Source: the human T2T-CHM13v2.0 reference genome, Homo sapiens. From it: a DNA stretch of 64,000 nucleotides. The notes beneath the pieces are model-generated. The model saw only the letters and a list, made by a program, of their open reading frames with translations, was not told where the DNA came from and ran no database searches. The position numbers were made by a program, and so were the translations under genes. The stretch lies in the NCBI RefSeq assembly GCF_009914755.1, contig NC_060932.1; one strand, written 5' to 3'. This document shows, piece after piece, positions 1-12,572 of the stretch; within the stretch, counting starts at the first letter, position 1, and every line of letters starts with the position of its first letter.

Positions 1-269
1 ATTTCAAAATTATATTAGTAAACGTACCTTTCCATTATGCTACATTTTTTAAATTCAGATTTTGATTAATCAACTCTTTCAACGTTTATCTCAGAAGTAT
101 TTTAATGAACTTGTATGTCAGTTGTTTAAATATGATTAAACATCTATTAATATTAGTCCCACTATAATAAAAGATATACACTGAGTCACACAGTATTAAT
201 TTTGTTTTTCTTTTCCATGAAATGCTTTTTTTATCATTTATTGTAACTGTGAAATATTCATGAAGATAT

Positions 270-344
270 TGTTGTAGGACGTTCCCCTTAGTTCAGCTAA
301 AAACAGGGTCCTTGTCACATGGCCATGAAAGATTAGGTTCACAG
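270..344 (+). mobile_element. Short 5' fragment of an ERV1-type LTR (MER50-like)
   Basis: tgttgtaggacgttccccttagttcagctaaaaacagggtccttgtcacatggccatgaaagattagg resembles the remembered MER50-family 5' end; subfamily tentative. Confidence 0.5.
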
Positions 345-3300
345 GTTATTGCAGAATATTTGAGAAAATGTTTAAATAATCAAGAAGAAAATGTAACTGT
401 GTAAACCCATCACCACAGACAACCACTGTTAGAACGTTTATGTATTTATTATTAATGCTATGTGCATTGTATATATAAGTTGATAGGTGAAGACACTTAA
501 TATTGGTAGAATAAAAATAAAGTTGTTAATATTTATTATTCTGCCTTTAGGACCTCTTTGAACAGTTTTCCTAAGGTATTTTTAATAGATTATTCATAAT
601 GTATTTAATTCCTTTATCATTAGAAATTAGTTTTTCTCACTTACTACAATTGTACATTACACCAATCACCTATCAAATTCTGCTCAGTTTCCAAGAATAA
701 TTTGCTAGAACTAGAATTCTTTAGTCAAGGCTGTTAATCTACTAGGCTAAACTGATTTCTAGAACTATAGGACCAGTTTACTTCACCTGATGTAAATAAG
801 AATATCTTAACTAAAGCCTCTCTGCCCACATTGTTTTAGTACATAAAAGAAAATGTTCAGTAATTTGGTGGTTGAAAAATGCTATCTTATTTTTATTAAC
901 ATTTAAAATAATGCGCTATTGGATCATTCTTTGGGATAAATCTATTATTGTCTCATGGTCTGTACATTACGAGAAGCGAGTTGTTAGTACAATAACTCTT
1001 TCTTTTTTTAAAGTCTGGAAACAGTTGTTGTCTTCACAAGGTTATTTTGACTGCAGCTCCCATTGTCAGCTTACAAATATTCAGGCATTCCTGCATTTTT
1101 TTTTTATTGGATTTTTGATGTCCTTGAATAGGGACTTTTGAGAAAAACTGACAACCAAGTTTTAAGAACTACATTATCAAATTTTATTTCTACCCTTAAA
1201 TCAGTCAGTGTCCTTTCCTTGGTCAGGAAAATCATCCTCTGAAAGCCTGATGTTATAAGTCATCTTTTGCACCAGGAAAGACAGAGGTACTTACTTACAA
1301 TGTGAACCATTTGTACTGTTGATATTCCTGATTGGTTATCAGAATCTTTTAATTTAATGTCGCTTAATAGCAGCACTAAATTAAAAGATAAATGTCTCAT
1401 ATATGAAGTTATAGTATTACATGAATCATTGTGTCAAGGTAGTATGGAGGATTAGCGTGAGAATGTCCACAAAACCTTGATGACTGAACTCTTTACTAAT
1501 GTAAAGGGTAATTAGCATAAGATGCTTTACTGGAAGAAAGGCAATTAACTATTCATCTCACGTTTCCTTACCAAATCAGGGACCCCATTTAAATCACGTA
1601 TTTCCCTGTGATTTAAGTTTTCAGACATAAGCAGGATTTAACTTGGAAGCAGGTGGAATTTAAAGATTGTTTTACTTAGTCTTGTAGTGATCTATCGGTT
1701 TACACCACCGGAGCCAATTTAAACCTTTTCCCTCCAAACAGAGGGAGAATAGAAGGAGCGAGAAGATAAGAAAGCGCAAAGGGGGAGGCAGAACAAGGGG
1801 TGAGACAACGCGCTCAGAAACAACATTCTTCCTGCACTCTACGTATTGAGATGTAGAAAACCCTCCTGAGGTGGAAAACAGAGGTGTCTCAGACGATTCG
1901 CAAATTCCAAGAAAGATTTTGTGTCCTGTTCTATTAACTCGTTCTTCTTTTCTATACTTCGTTGCATTAAAGTCTTTGCCACTATAATTTCCCAAATTTC
2001 CTACTGGGATTATCAAAAGCCTTCCAAGGTGTTCACCTTGCAAGGTGAACAACGTTTTTACAAAAACCCCAGTTTCAGCAAAAAGGCCACTGCCCTAGAG
2101 GCCCAGATAGCTGAGCTCCAATCTCACCCCTGAAATGTTCTGAAATCCTGAGCCACAGCCTCGGATTTTTTCATCTGTTAAAAGAAGGGCTTGAATTAAC
2201 TACCCTAAAAGTCTAGTTTCTCATTCTTTTTCCAGGCACATAATGCAGAATCTCAAGAAAAGTGGGTGGTATTTAACTCAGAACAAAGTTCCCATTTTCC
2301 CTGGACCATTCATTACAATGAAGACTTTGGGAAAATTAACTTCAGTGACTTCTTTTGACATGTAAGAGCAATAATACATCTCTTGCAAGAGTGCTGTGAT
2401 GAACGAAAAAGATGCTCTATGCACAGAGGAAAGTGCACTCTGGGTAGGGCGGTCAGATGAGCTTGGGGAAGTCCAGGGGTGTCATTCACATAGAACACAC
2501 TGTAGCCCCCATACCAGCCACATATTATGTGCAAATATATACTGGCTGCTTTCCATTCCTCCTGTGTGGAAGGCATTTCCAGTTCTACGTGTGTCCAGCT
2601 TTTGGATCTTTAACAGGAAAAATCTCCCTCACAGTGGGGATTTTGAAGTTAGTTGTAAGAAAGACTTAATCATTGTTCTGGAACTCATTAGAGATGTCAC
2701 CTTGCCAGGTTAAAAATGCCTCTAAATCGCAGATTCCTCGTGTGTTTAATAAAGATGATCACCACCTGCCCCTCAGACCTGTGGTGAAGATTACATGACA
2801 CGGCAAATAGAAGCACCTAGTGCAATGTCTAGGCTGTGTGGTTACACAAAGTGCATGGAAAATACTTTTCAGAAAATGAAGAACTTTCCAAGTCTTTGTT
2901 ACATTCAACGTGGAATGTTAATGCAACTCTTTATTCAGCTTTTCCCGTTAAACTTCACCGCACACAGGAAGCTGGGGATGAACCTCTCCACTCCCCAAGT
3001 AAGACGTCCATGGAGTTGTAAACATGCCACGTCATCTTCACTTCCAATGGAGAAATTGGCACATCTTACCATTTAATCAATCAATAGAGCTTACAGAAGA
3101 AAAAAGAAAGGGGAGAGAGAGGAGAAGCTACTGGAATGTGACTTTGGCAACTCCTGATACTGCTTCTGCCTTTTCTATCTATGGGAATAATAAAAGCTGT
3201 CCAAGCACAACAACCTCACTGTAAACTATTTCCTTTAAGCACTTCAACAGAATACATGTGTCCTTTCAGATCTGTGAACAACACATTCAACAATAACCAC

Positions 3301-3416
3301 TTCCTTTCTGCTGCCATAGACCTTTTGTTGTCTCAACACTGGGGGCTAACCTTCTTAAACAGGGGTGACACTTCACAGTAGGAGAAACCTCACAGCATTG
3401 GTGGTCAAAGTCTTTA

Positions 3417-3422
<6 letters not shown>

Positions 3423-3469
<47 letters not shown>
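3423..3469. repeat. (CA)n microsatellite, ~23 units
   Basis: Directly visible perfect CA run. Confidence 0.98.
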
Positions 3470-3470
<1 letters not shown>

Positions 3471-3636
3471 AGCACATTTCTCCTTCATGACCCATGGGAA
3501 GCTTAAATGATACCTAGTTCCAGGCATGTACTCTAAGCCCTGGGAGATTCATTTTACAGAGCAAAGCTGTAACACCTTCAGATGCTGACACGATTCAAAA
3601 CAGCTTCAGGAGATGTGAACATCTAACGTTTGAGAC

Positions 3637-3935
3637 TTTTTTTTTCGAGAGTCTCGCTCTGTTGCCCAGGTTGAAGTGCAATGGCGTGATCTCGGCTCAC
3701 TGCATGCAACCTCCGCTTCCCGGGTTCAAGTGTTTCTCCTGCCTCAGCCTCCCAACTAGCTGGGATTACAGGCACCCACCACTACACCCGGCTAATTTAT
3801 TTTTTTTGTATTTTTAGTACAGACGGGGTTTCACCATGTTAGTCACGCTGGTCTCAAACTCCCGACCTTGGGTGATCTGCCCGCCTCGGCCTCCCAAAGT
3901 GCTGGGATTACAGGTGTGAGCCACCATGCCCGGCC
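3637..3935 (-). mobile_element. Alu (AluS-type), full length
   Basis: Poly-T, then gtctcgctctgttgcccagg...ctcccaaagtgctgggattacaggtgtgagccaccatgcccggcc; degenerate TSD tgagactttt / tgtgactttt. Confidence 0.97.
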
Positions 3936-4873
3936 AGTTGTGACTTTTGCATAATGGGAAGATCAGTTTGTCCTGAAACACCATTTTTTTTTCTCCAGCC
4001 TCTGCGTGATTTTCAAAGGAAGGCAATTTTATTTGTGAAACTCCTAAATCCAATCATTTTTTTTCCTTTTATAAGCAGCAATGCCCCTCAAGGATCTGAG
4101 ATGAGTGGCCACATATTCGGGTGTGTAAGTGAGTGTGTGTGGCTGTGGATTTTTACTAGTGACGGCAGATGAAAGTGAATCATCAACGTCTCTAGCCCAG
4201 GTTTTTAGGATCAGTCCCATGTTTCTGATTCCTCAGAAAACATCAAACAGTTAGCTGGCACATATGGGACTGAGTCCATTAGTTTAACATCGGTCACTAA
4301 GATAGCAAGGTAACTTACAGCATTCTAGAGCATGGCACAAAGAGAAACATATTCTTAGGATTTTTAAATTATTAAATTCCAGTGGTATTTCAGGTTCAAA
4401 CTTATTTTCTCCTTTCTCAGTCCTACCTTAATTATTCTTATTTTGAAAATACCTTTATTTTGCTGTTTTCCTCCTCATGGTTTTGGAAGAGCTTCTTTAA
4501 TTTCATTAAATAACATGTTAAATGAAAGTTAATGGGGTGAAAAATAAAGGAACAGAATTCTAAATTCTTTACATGAGGATAATACAATTTCTCTCTGAAT
4601 GGTCAATCTTCATCATAAGCCATTTTTTGAGAAATTAATTACAGGGAGTTTTCTGAGAGGCGCTGTATGAAGAAAATAGCAGAGAATGAAGTGCCCGTTA
4701 AGTAGCTGACTGTCCACAATGGGAAGTACTGATGCATCTACATGCCACAGGTGCACCCAAGGCCGTCCTCATCCCTCACCTCCTGCTGTCCCCAAGCCCC
4801 CCACAAGCCAGTACACATGGGTGGAGTTGGCACAGGTTGTACAAGTAGAGATGTGTCAGAAGCATAAGGAAGA

Positions 4874-5136
4874 GGCCGGGCAAAGTGGCTCATGCCTGTA
4901 ATCTCAGCACTTTGGGAGGCCGAGGCAGGTGGATCACTTGAGGTCAGGAATTTGAGACTAAGAATGCAAAAATTAGCTGGGCATGGTGGCTGGCACCTGC
5001 AGGTCCACCTACTCAGGAGGCTGAGGCAGGAGAATTGCTTGACCAGGGAGGCAGAGGTTGCAGTGAGTCGAGATCACACCACTGCACTCCAGCCTGGGCG
5101 ACAGAGTGAGACTCCATCTCAAATAAATAAATAAAT
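4874..5136 (+). mobile_element. Alu (AluS-type) with an internal deletion in the left monomer and an (AAAT)n tail
   Basis: ggccgggcaaagtggctcatgcctgtaatc...; sequence jumps from tttgagac to taagaatgcaaaaattagc, missing the cagcctggccaacatggtgaaaccccgtctc segment. Confidence 0.95.
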
Positions 5137-5724
5137 AGATATAATAGCTTGAGCTTTCATAAAATCTAAGACGAAGTTGAGGGTCACTTTAGGAATTTGA
5201 AAGCACAGTAGCTAAGAAATCAACATATAATTAAACTCCTAATCTTAAATAAATATTAAAAAGTGCTTGCCCCAACCTCAGACAGATCTGAAACCATTCT
5301 CTCCTGAAAAGCAGTGTCTCTCTTACCTTTGAGTTTTTCTCTGATCTATAACCCTTCTTACCTCTTGTCAATATCTCCAAAATACTGCCATTAATAACTC
5401 ACCTTAAAAGGACCCTAGTGGGAAAAGTCCCCATTAGTAAAACTGTTTGGTCCAGGCATGAAATGTGTATATTCCGCACAGAGTTCGGTAAATTGCCCTA
5501 GGATCAATTTTTCTGGATTCTAGATTACAAGCGAAAACTCTTGTCGTTAGGTTTTCTAATATTAGCATTAATGCTAGTCGTTAGCAGAATGCACCTGCAC
5601 TTCTGCTGTGTAACAAGGAACGATGCTGGTCTTGAGGAAAAATATGTGTGAGATTCCCTGATTTCAGGGATGAACTAGCTGCTTTTTCATGGAACACCAT
5701 TTTTACTTGAGAGACTAGCAAACT

Positions 5725-6270
5725 ATTGTGTGTGTGTGCCAGTTTTTCTTGCCACATAAATTACTACCAACTTAAGAGCTTAAAGCAGCATTTTATCATT
5801 TCCCAATTCTGCAGGCGAAGCTCAGCTGGGCCCTCTGAGCTGGGTCTAACACTCAAGGAACTAGCGCAGCTGCTTTCTTCTCTTAGAGTCCTAAGGAAGA
5901 ATCCTTTTTGACATTCAGTCAGGTTATTGGTGAAGTCCAATTCGGTGGTTCTAGGACTGAGGTTCCCATCTTCTTGCTGGCTAATGAAGGGGCCACTCGG
6001 GGCACTCAGGGAAGCTTGTGGCCATGGACCCTTCCCTGCCTTGTGACCTGTCCATCAACAATGCAACGGGGACTGTCCCAATTCGAATCCTCCTCACACT
6101 CAAAACCTCTTCTCAGGAAAAAGTCCCTTTTAAGGGCTCATTTGATTAGGTCAGGGCCACTGAGCACCATCTCCCTTTCTTAAAGTCAATTGAGCCATAA
6201 GCTAATCATAGGACAGAGAACACATCATATTCACTCAAGGAGGGTGCATTATCCAAGAGCATAGATCATG
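5725..6270 (-). mobile_element. MaLR LTR (MLT1-type), degraded
   Basis: MLT1-like motifs aaattactaccaacttaagagcttaaagcagca and ttttaagggctcatttgattaggtcagggccac. Confidence 0.7.
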
Positions 6271-6319
6271 GGAAACTACCTTAGGATCCTGTGTATCCTC
6301 TTCAGATATTCAGAAAATC

Positions 6320-7190
6320 ATAATTGGGCATTTAGTCATATTTACTTAAAAATGAACAGTCAGCTATTGTTACCTAGACAATTATTAGATAGTATTTTTG
6401 CCAATGATGAAATTTGGGTTTTCAAGAAAATATTAGAATTTTAGACAAGCAGTGTCTGTCTTTGTAACTTCCCAAAACTTAGACTTTTTTTGGTAAGAGC
6501 AGGGTGGTATTAACACGTGTGCTTTTTTAGTTATTGCACAATATCTAACTTATTTTTAGATACAGACACTAACATTTGAAAGAGATGCATAAAGTGAACC
6601 CATGATTTTAAAATGACCGCAACTTACTGCTACCAAATCACGGATGAGTAAAAATTTCATTCAAAATGCAAAATAGACCAACATGTTTTACTATAATAAA
6701 GTGCAAAAAGTTGACTTATATGGATGCAGATTCCATTTTGCAGCTAACTTTTAAGAAATAGCCATTTGTTAAGTTTTTGCAAGTATTTGCAAAAATAGAA
6801 AACAATGCTACCTCTTTTAGTACTTTTTTTTTTATTATTATACTTTAAGTTTTAGGGTACATGTGCACATTGTGCAGGTTAGTTACATATGTATACATGT
6901 GCCATGCTGGTGTGCTGCACCAACTAACTCGTCATCTAGCATTAGGTATATCTCCCAATGCTATCCCGGGTTTTTGTTTGGTCAAATATACTTATTTTCA
7001 TAAATATATATGTTAATTTCTAAAGGAGTATTGTCACTTTTAAATGAAGTGATAAACATTTAAAATTTTCTCTCAATGTAATTCTGAATATATTAAGTAT
7101 TGGTAGCTATATAACCTTTAAAAAATGAAGTTGTTTGGGATTTTCAACCATTTTCAAAAGGGTCCTAAGGCTGAATGATCTGAGCACCCT
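6320..7190 (+). mobile_element. hAT-Charlie (Charlie1-family) DNA transposon fossil, interrupted by an L1 fragment
   Basis: Resembles Charlie1 internal sequence (gccaatgatgaaattt...ttcaagaaaatattagaatttt; ttcaaaatgcaaaatagaccaa; cagattccattttgcagctaacttttaagaaa) and a terminal gggtcctaaggctgaatgatctgagcacc. Confidence 0.75.
6824..6967 (-). mobile_element. Young, 5'-truncated L1PA 3' end (L1PA2-like), ~145 bp
   Basis: Poly-T + attatactttaagttttagggtacatgtgcacattgtgcaggttagttacatatgtatac...tctcccaatgctatccc is nearly the canonical young L1 3'UTR end; GAG rather than ACA at the Ta-diagnostic site. Confidence 0.95.
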
Positions 7191-7274
7191 TCCTCTGGGC
7201 TGGGAGAAGAATTAGGGAGGGGGAATGAGAATTGGCCTCTGGGTCACTCCCCGTATGCAGGAAGGACATTTACC

Positions 7275-7712
7275 CTGGGCTCAACCGTGAGAATTCAGGG
7301 AGTCCATGAAATTAAATAGGAAAAGAAATGCATTTTTATTTACACTGCCTTCTAAGTGAAAATTAGTATTTTCTTCTGTTATGAGTGTAAGCAAAAAGCC
7401 ATAAGAATACCAGCAGTACTTTGCCATCAGCAGAAACTGTAGGTATTTTCTTATCACATTAACGGTGATGGCAGATATCAGAAGCTTTACTTTAAAATTC
7501 AGACTATTGTCGCTATTAGATCTGCCATGGTAAAGAAGCACATGCCCCACTATGTACAAATTCTTTTTAAAATATGTTGATGACTATTTCAACGCAACTA
7601 GCTTTGTTTGGTATCCTAATATTTTATACAGCTATAAATGTTATTCTGGGAACAGGCCCATTAACCTCTCCAGACGACTAGAGGAGTGAGGCAGGAGGTT
7701 AAGGGCCCTCAG
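7275..7712. mobile_element. Ancient hAT-type DNA transposon fragment (subfamily uncertain)
   Basis: tcagggagtccatgaa...tttatttacactgccttctaagtgaaaattagtatt...ttattctgggaacaggcccat...ggttaagggccctc resembles remembered MER-type hAT consensus. Confidence 0.6.
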
Positions 7713-7719
7713 CATAGCG

Positions 7720-8080
7720 GTTTGGAAGGTGAGTTTTCAGCAAAGGAGGTAGACACAGCAGATAGATAGGAAAGGGACTAAAGGAGGGAGCTGTGCCCTG
7801 AAGGCAAGGAGGTAGGTTCAAGGAAATGAAAGTGAAAAGAGATTAGTGTTGCTAGGAAGGCCCTCAAGGTGTGGGTTGAGAGGTAACCAATGAGTTTGGC
7901 AGGTCCAGGGCCATGAAGACCTGGACAAGTGCTATTTCAGTCATAGGGCAGGACAAACATATCCCTGCATGGACAGGGAAACAATGAGAAAGAACCTGGA
8001 TGACCAGGATAGACATCACTTGAACATTTTTATTTTTTAAAAGGAAGCAGAGATTTGGGACCAAAGCTGAAGGCGACTGT
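7720..8080. mobile_element. L2 LINE fragment, degraded
   Basis: Purine-rich tract with L2-like ttggcaggtccagggccatgaagacctggacaagtgctatttcagt. Confidence 0.5.
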
Positions 8081-8499
8081 GGGGCCAAAGGAGAAATACC
8101 GGTGCTGATTTTGTGGGTGATATGAATGTGTATGTGTGTGTGTATGTGTCTGTGGGTTTGTGTCCCTCCCATGAGCTGCTTGTATTAAGTAGAAACAGTT
8201 GAGGAGAGAGGAAGCCTGATGGCTTAGGAGAGAGAAGGTTTCAGGGAAGGAGTGATGTCCAAGCAACAGGATGGAGTGAGCAGTGGAGGACCCGGTCTCA
8301 GATGTGGCAGGGGCAGCCACCACTGCAATGAGAGAGTAGGCAGAGGGCCACATACCAACTGCTGTGTTGTTAGTGAGGGCAGAGTGGAAGGACTTGGGAA
8401 CACGTGAAAACCATTGATCTAGGAATCTTTCAAGGACTGTGACTCAGTATCTCAACCCATGTATTCCACTTGCAGTGGATAAAAATACATCTACCATTA

Positions 8500-8995
8500 T
8501 TAAACATGCCCTTGAAAAGATGGAGCCTACTCCTTCTTTCTTTGATAGTGGCCTGGACCTAATGACTCGCAAGCAATGAACAGAAAAAACAGTGGAAGTA
8601 ATTGTGTGTGACTACGGAGACCGGGTCACTGCAAGTTCCTGCTGGCTCTTTCTCTCTTGAAGAATTATGCAGCTCTCAGGAAATCAACAGCCATGCCATG
8701 AGGGTACTCAAGCAGCCACCGGGAATGCCACCTAGTAAGGGACCTGAGGTCCCTGCCAACAGCCACGCAGGCACCGAGGCGTCCTGCCAATCTCCACACG
8801 AATCAGCTCTTGGAGCTCAGCCTCCGTTGCCTGCAGCCCCAGCCAGCATTGACTGTAAACCCATGAGAGGCTGGGCAAGAATAGCCCAGCTAGGCTGCAC
8901 ATCGTCTCCCTTAAAAAATACGTGAGCTCAGACACCTTTCTTCATTAGGCCAATAATAATTCCGGTAATTTATTTGTAGCAATAGAACTAATCCA
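8500..8995 (+). mobile_element. MaLR LTR (MLT1-type)
   Basis: gatggagcctactcc...gacctaatgactcgc; ctgaggtccctgccaacagccac; 3' end ggtaatttatttgtagcaatagaactaat. Confidence 0.75.
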
Positions 8996-10114
8996 CCACC
9001 ATCTTTCAGGCTATAATATAAGTCTCTATAATTAGAAAGGATGGAATGAGATTGGTGACAAGGACAGGGGTCAGCAGGTATTGAATGTGTAGAGCCAGAT
9101 GGGATGCTTTAAACCAGAGATGAGAGGCCAACTCTGAACACCTTTATTCTCTTGCATAGTTTGGGTCCAGTGTTTTTGAATCTTCATGTTTTCAGGAGAA
9201 GCAGGAAATCTGGATATTCATGTGAAGTTCCCTGTGTTACGAGGGTAGGTACATCAATCCTTTTTTATGTTCCATCATACGGGTGACATCAGTCTGTAGT
9301 TCTGGTTTGTGAGTGGTACGAGGTGTATATTTACCTATGGGCCCTTGAATACCAGAGGGAACTTGCCAGTCCAGTTCTCATTCCTGAGCCTTATTCTTAG
9401 CATGCCCTCTGATGGAAATGAGTTGTGCAAATATCTAATGTTTTAATAATCAGTTTGAGTCACTGTAAAGCAATGTCTCCCTGCCCAAAGATAGATTTCC
9501 TGTCCCGTTAAAAAACATGAGGAAATGTCTGTTTAGCATCATACACAGATAACCTAACAATTAATGACTAAACTCTGAAGAATTACATTTATGAATATAC
9601 ATACCACCAGTAAACACTGTGAACACAAACCCTCAATATTTGCATTTATTTTCTCTTAGTTACTAATGGTAGCTATCCTTTTTTCTCTCTATATAAAGAT
9701 AATGGCATTTAATGTTACCCAACTTACTACTATCCCATAATACCAATTATTTATGATATTAAACATGGTTAAAAAGTGTTTCATTTTAAAACCATACTTA
9801 GAGCAATGTGAATGTTTAATTTTAAATTGTGTTTATTTTCAAAGTTGCGTTTGACAATTATCACAAGAGGAAAACTAACCTCTGGAAAGTAATTCTACAT
9901 ACACATACCTTTGAGGCAGTCAGCTCATCTGCAGAGCCTCCCGCCTGAACGGTGGCACTGCAGTTCCCATAAATATACCTACAGAGGGTGCCAGAGAGCT
10001 GGCAGCCCCGCCCAGGTACCAAGTGGATACCTCAGCTCAGATGGGCTTTTCCTGTCTAATATTCTAACATGAGGGTGACCAATGTGTGCATTAAAAATGA
10101 ATAAAGAGTAAGAA

Positions 10115-11110
10115 GCTAGAGCTCTCATGCACTGCTGGTGTGAATGTAAAATGAGGCAGCTGTCGTGAAAAAACAGTATGGAAGTTCCTCGAAAAAATAC
10201 TAATAAAAATGAGCATATGATACTGCAATTCGACTTTTGCGTACACACCTGAAATAATGGAAAGCTGGGATTCAAGTAGATGTTTTTACACTCAAGTTTA
10301 AAACAGCATTATTTACAATAACCAAGGAGGGGCAGAAAGACTGTCCATAAACACATGAATGGATAAAGATAATGTGATCTGACCATATAATCGGTTATAA
10401 TTTAGTCTTAAAAAGGAAGGAAACGCAGGTACATGCCACAGATGGGTGAGCTTTAGGGCAGTGCGCCAGGTGAAATATGCCTGTCACAAAAGGACAAATA
10501 CTGTATGATTTCATCGATAATTAGATACTTAGAGTAGTCAAATTCAAAGAGCGGCAGGGAGGAGGGGGTATGGGTAATGAGAGTTTAATGGGTGCAGACT
10601 TTCAGTTTTGGAAATGCATGGTGGTGGAGGCTACACAACAGTGTGACTGTATTCAATGCCCCTGAATTGTACATTTGAAAGGGTTTGGCTATGACAGTGT
10701 CCGCACCCAAATCTCATCTTGAATTGTAGCTCCCATAATTCCCACGTGCGATGGGAGGGACCCAGTGGGAGATAAATGAATCATGGGTGCTGTTGCCCCC
10801 ATACTGTTCTCATGGTAGTGAATAAGTCTCATGTGATCTGATGGTTTTACAAAGGGAAACCCCTTTCTCTTGGTTCTTATTCTCTCTTTGCCGCCACCAT
10901 GTAAGACATCCCTTTGCTCTTCCTTCATCTTCCACCATGATTGTGAGGCCTCCCAGCCATGTGGAACTGGGAGTCCATTAAACCTCGTTCCTTTATCAAT
11001 TACCCAGTATTGGGTATGTCTTTATCAGCAGCATGAAAACAGACTAATACAACATCTAAACGTTGTGAAGATGGTAAATTCTGTGTTAGGTTTATCGTAA
11101 CAGAGTAGCA
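10115..11110 (+). mobile_element. L1M (L1MB-like) 3' end, split by a THE1 LTR
   Basis: ctctcatgcactgctggtgtgaatgtaaaatg...acaaaaggacaaatactgtatgatt...gagtttaatgggtgcagactttcagttttgg...ctgaattgtacat, resuming after the LTR with gaagatggtaaattctgtgtt. Confidence 0.85.
10676..11051 (+). mobile_element. THE1 (THE1B/C-like) MaLR solo LTR
   Basis: ggtttggct...cacccaaatctcatcttgaattgtagctcccataattcccac...cagcatgaaaacagactaataca; 5-bp TSD acatt/acatc. Confidence 0.93.
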
Positions 11111-12389
11111 AATAATAAGTAAAATAATAAAACTTAGCACTTTTCTTTCAAAATAAATATAAACTTAGGTTTGCCTACGTTCCAAGAGCCTTTCAGTGGT
11201 GTGACTGACTTGCACATTAACCACAGAAAAAGGGCATCTGTGGTAGAGACCACCATCCTGGAGCAGTCGTGTGGGGAGCACAGATGGAACAGAAGGAGAA
11301 AGTAGAAAGAGTGCTCTTGTAATCTTGCAAATGATGCAAGTTAAAATGGTGGGCATGGTCTGTCTTAAGTTATGGAGCTGAACTATTAATACATCTCAAA
11401 TGTCAAATATGAGGTTTATTCAGCACATTGACTGATAATGCCCCCTTAATATTTCTAACATTAGTTCTTTTACTGAAGCAGATTCATGGACTAAGGCAGG
11501 GATACTGGCATCCACGTGGTTTTCAATCTATCACCGACTGCATTTTAAATCAATAATCCCAAAATAATGCAAATGAGTGCTGTTCGAATATCTGCAGGGC
11601 TGAGGTGGTAGAGTGTGATGCTACTGTCCTCTGTGGGGAGCCCCGCCAAACCGACCAGCAAAACTTCTAATCCAAAGTCTGGCCGTAATTCTCCACGTGA
11701 TCTGAACATGTCAGCCAGGGAAGTAAAGGTTTCGAGCTAAAGTAGACAACTTTCAGAAAACTCACTTGTGGAACATTTAACTAACTCGTTCATGACAAGA
11801 CTTACTGCCACGCAATAAGCAATGCCGTCTTAAAAAGACCTCAGGTCAGGCACACTCTTCCCTGCCTTTTTAATGACTGACGGCTTGCTACAGGAAGTGT
11901 TCACCTCCTGGCACAGGGCTCGTGCAGGGCAGATGCTGTCTGAGGGTGGGCTTCGGAGTGAGACTTTGCCAGTCTAGCTCTGCCACCACTCACTCGCCTT
12001 GGGCTCAGTTGTGCTCAGTCAGTTCTTAGGCACAACTCTCTGCATGTTAAAAGAGGGATATAATATCCGCCAGTAGATGAAATACATTTCAAGTGCTTGA
12101 ACATAGAGGCAATATGTATCCCCAGCAAGACAGACTGTGGAACCTGCCCAAGAGGAATCGAAGTGGGCCTTGACAATGTCCAGAAGGTATCGGGACAGTA
12201 AGACTTCATGACAACCTGCTGGAAGCCATTAGCAGATCTTAGTGTGGAAAGACGGTGAACTCAACTTAGAGGAAGCGATGGGGGCTACCAGCGAAGTGTT
12301 TAAAGATGAAACTCGCCTCTTCTTCTGCTAAGTCCCTATCACTTCCACCAAAGCTCAGAGGATTTTAAAAGCTCTCACCACAAAGACAT

Positions 12390-12572
12390 AATTATTTCAG
12401 GTGATAGATATCCTGATGACCATGATTTCTTCATTCTACAGCATATTTATAAACAAGGCACCTTGCATATTCCATGTATTGAAGCACGTATCAAAACATC
12501 ACACTGTACTCCCCAAATCTACAGAATTATTATTTGCCAATTCAAAGTAAAAAAAAAAAAAAAAAAAAAAAA
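12390..12572 (+). mobile_element. L1MA-type 3' end with poly(A) tail
   Basis: ggtgatagatatcctgatgaccatgattt...atcaaaacatcacactgtactccccaaat...tttgccaattc followed by an A run. Confidence 0.8.
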
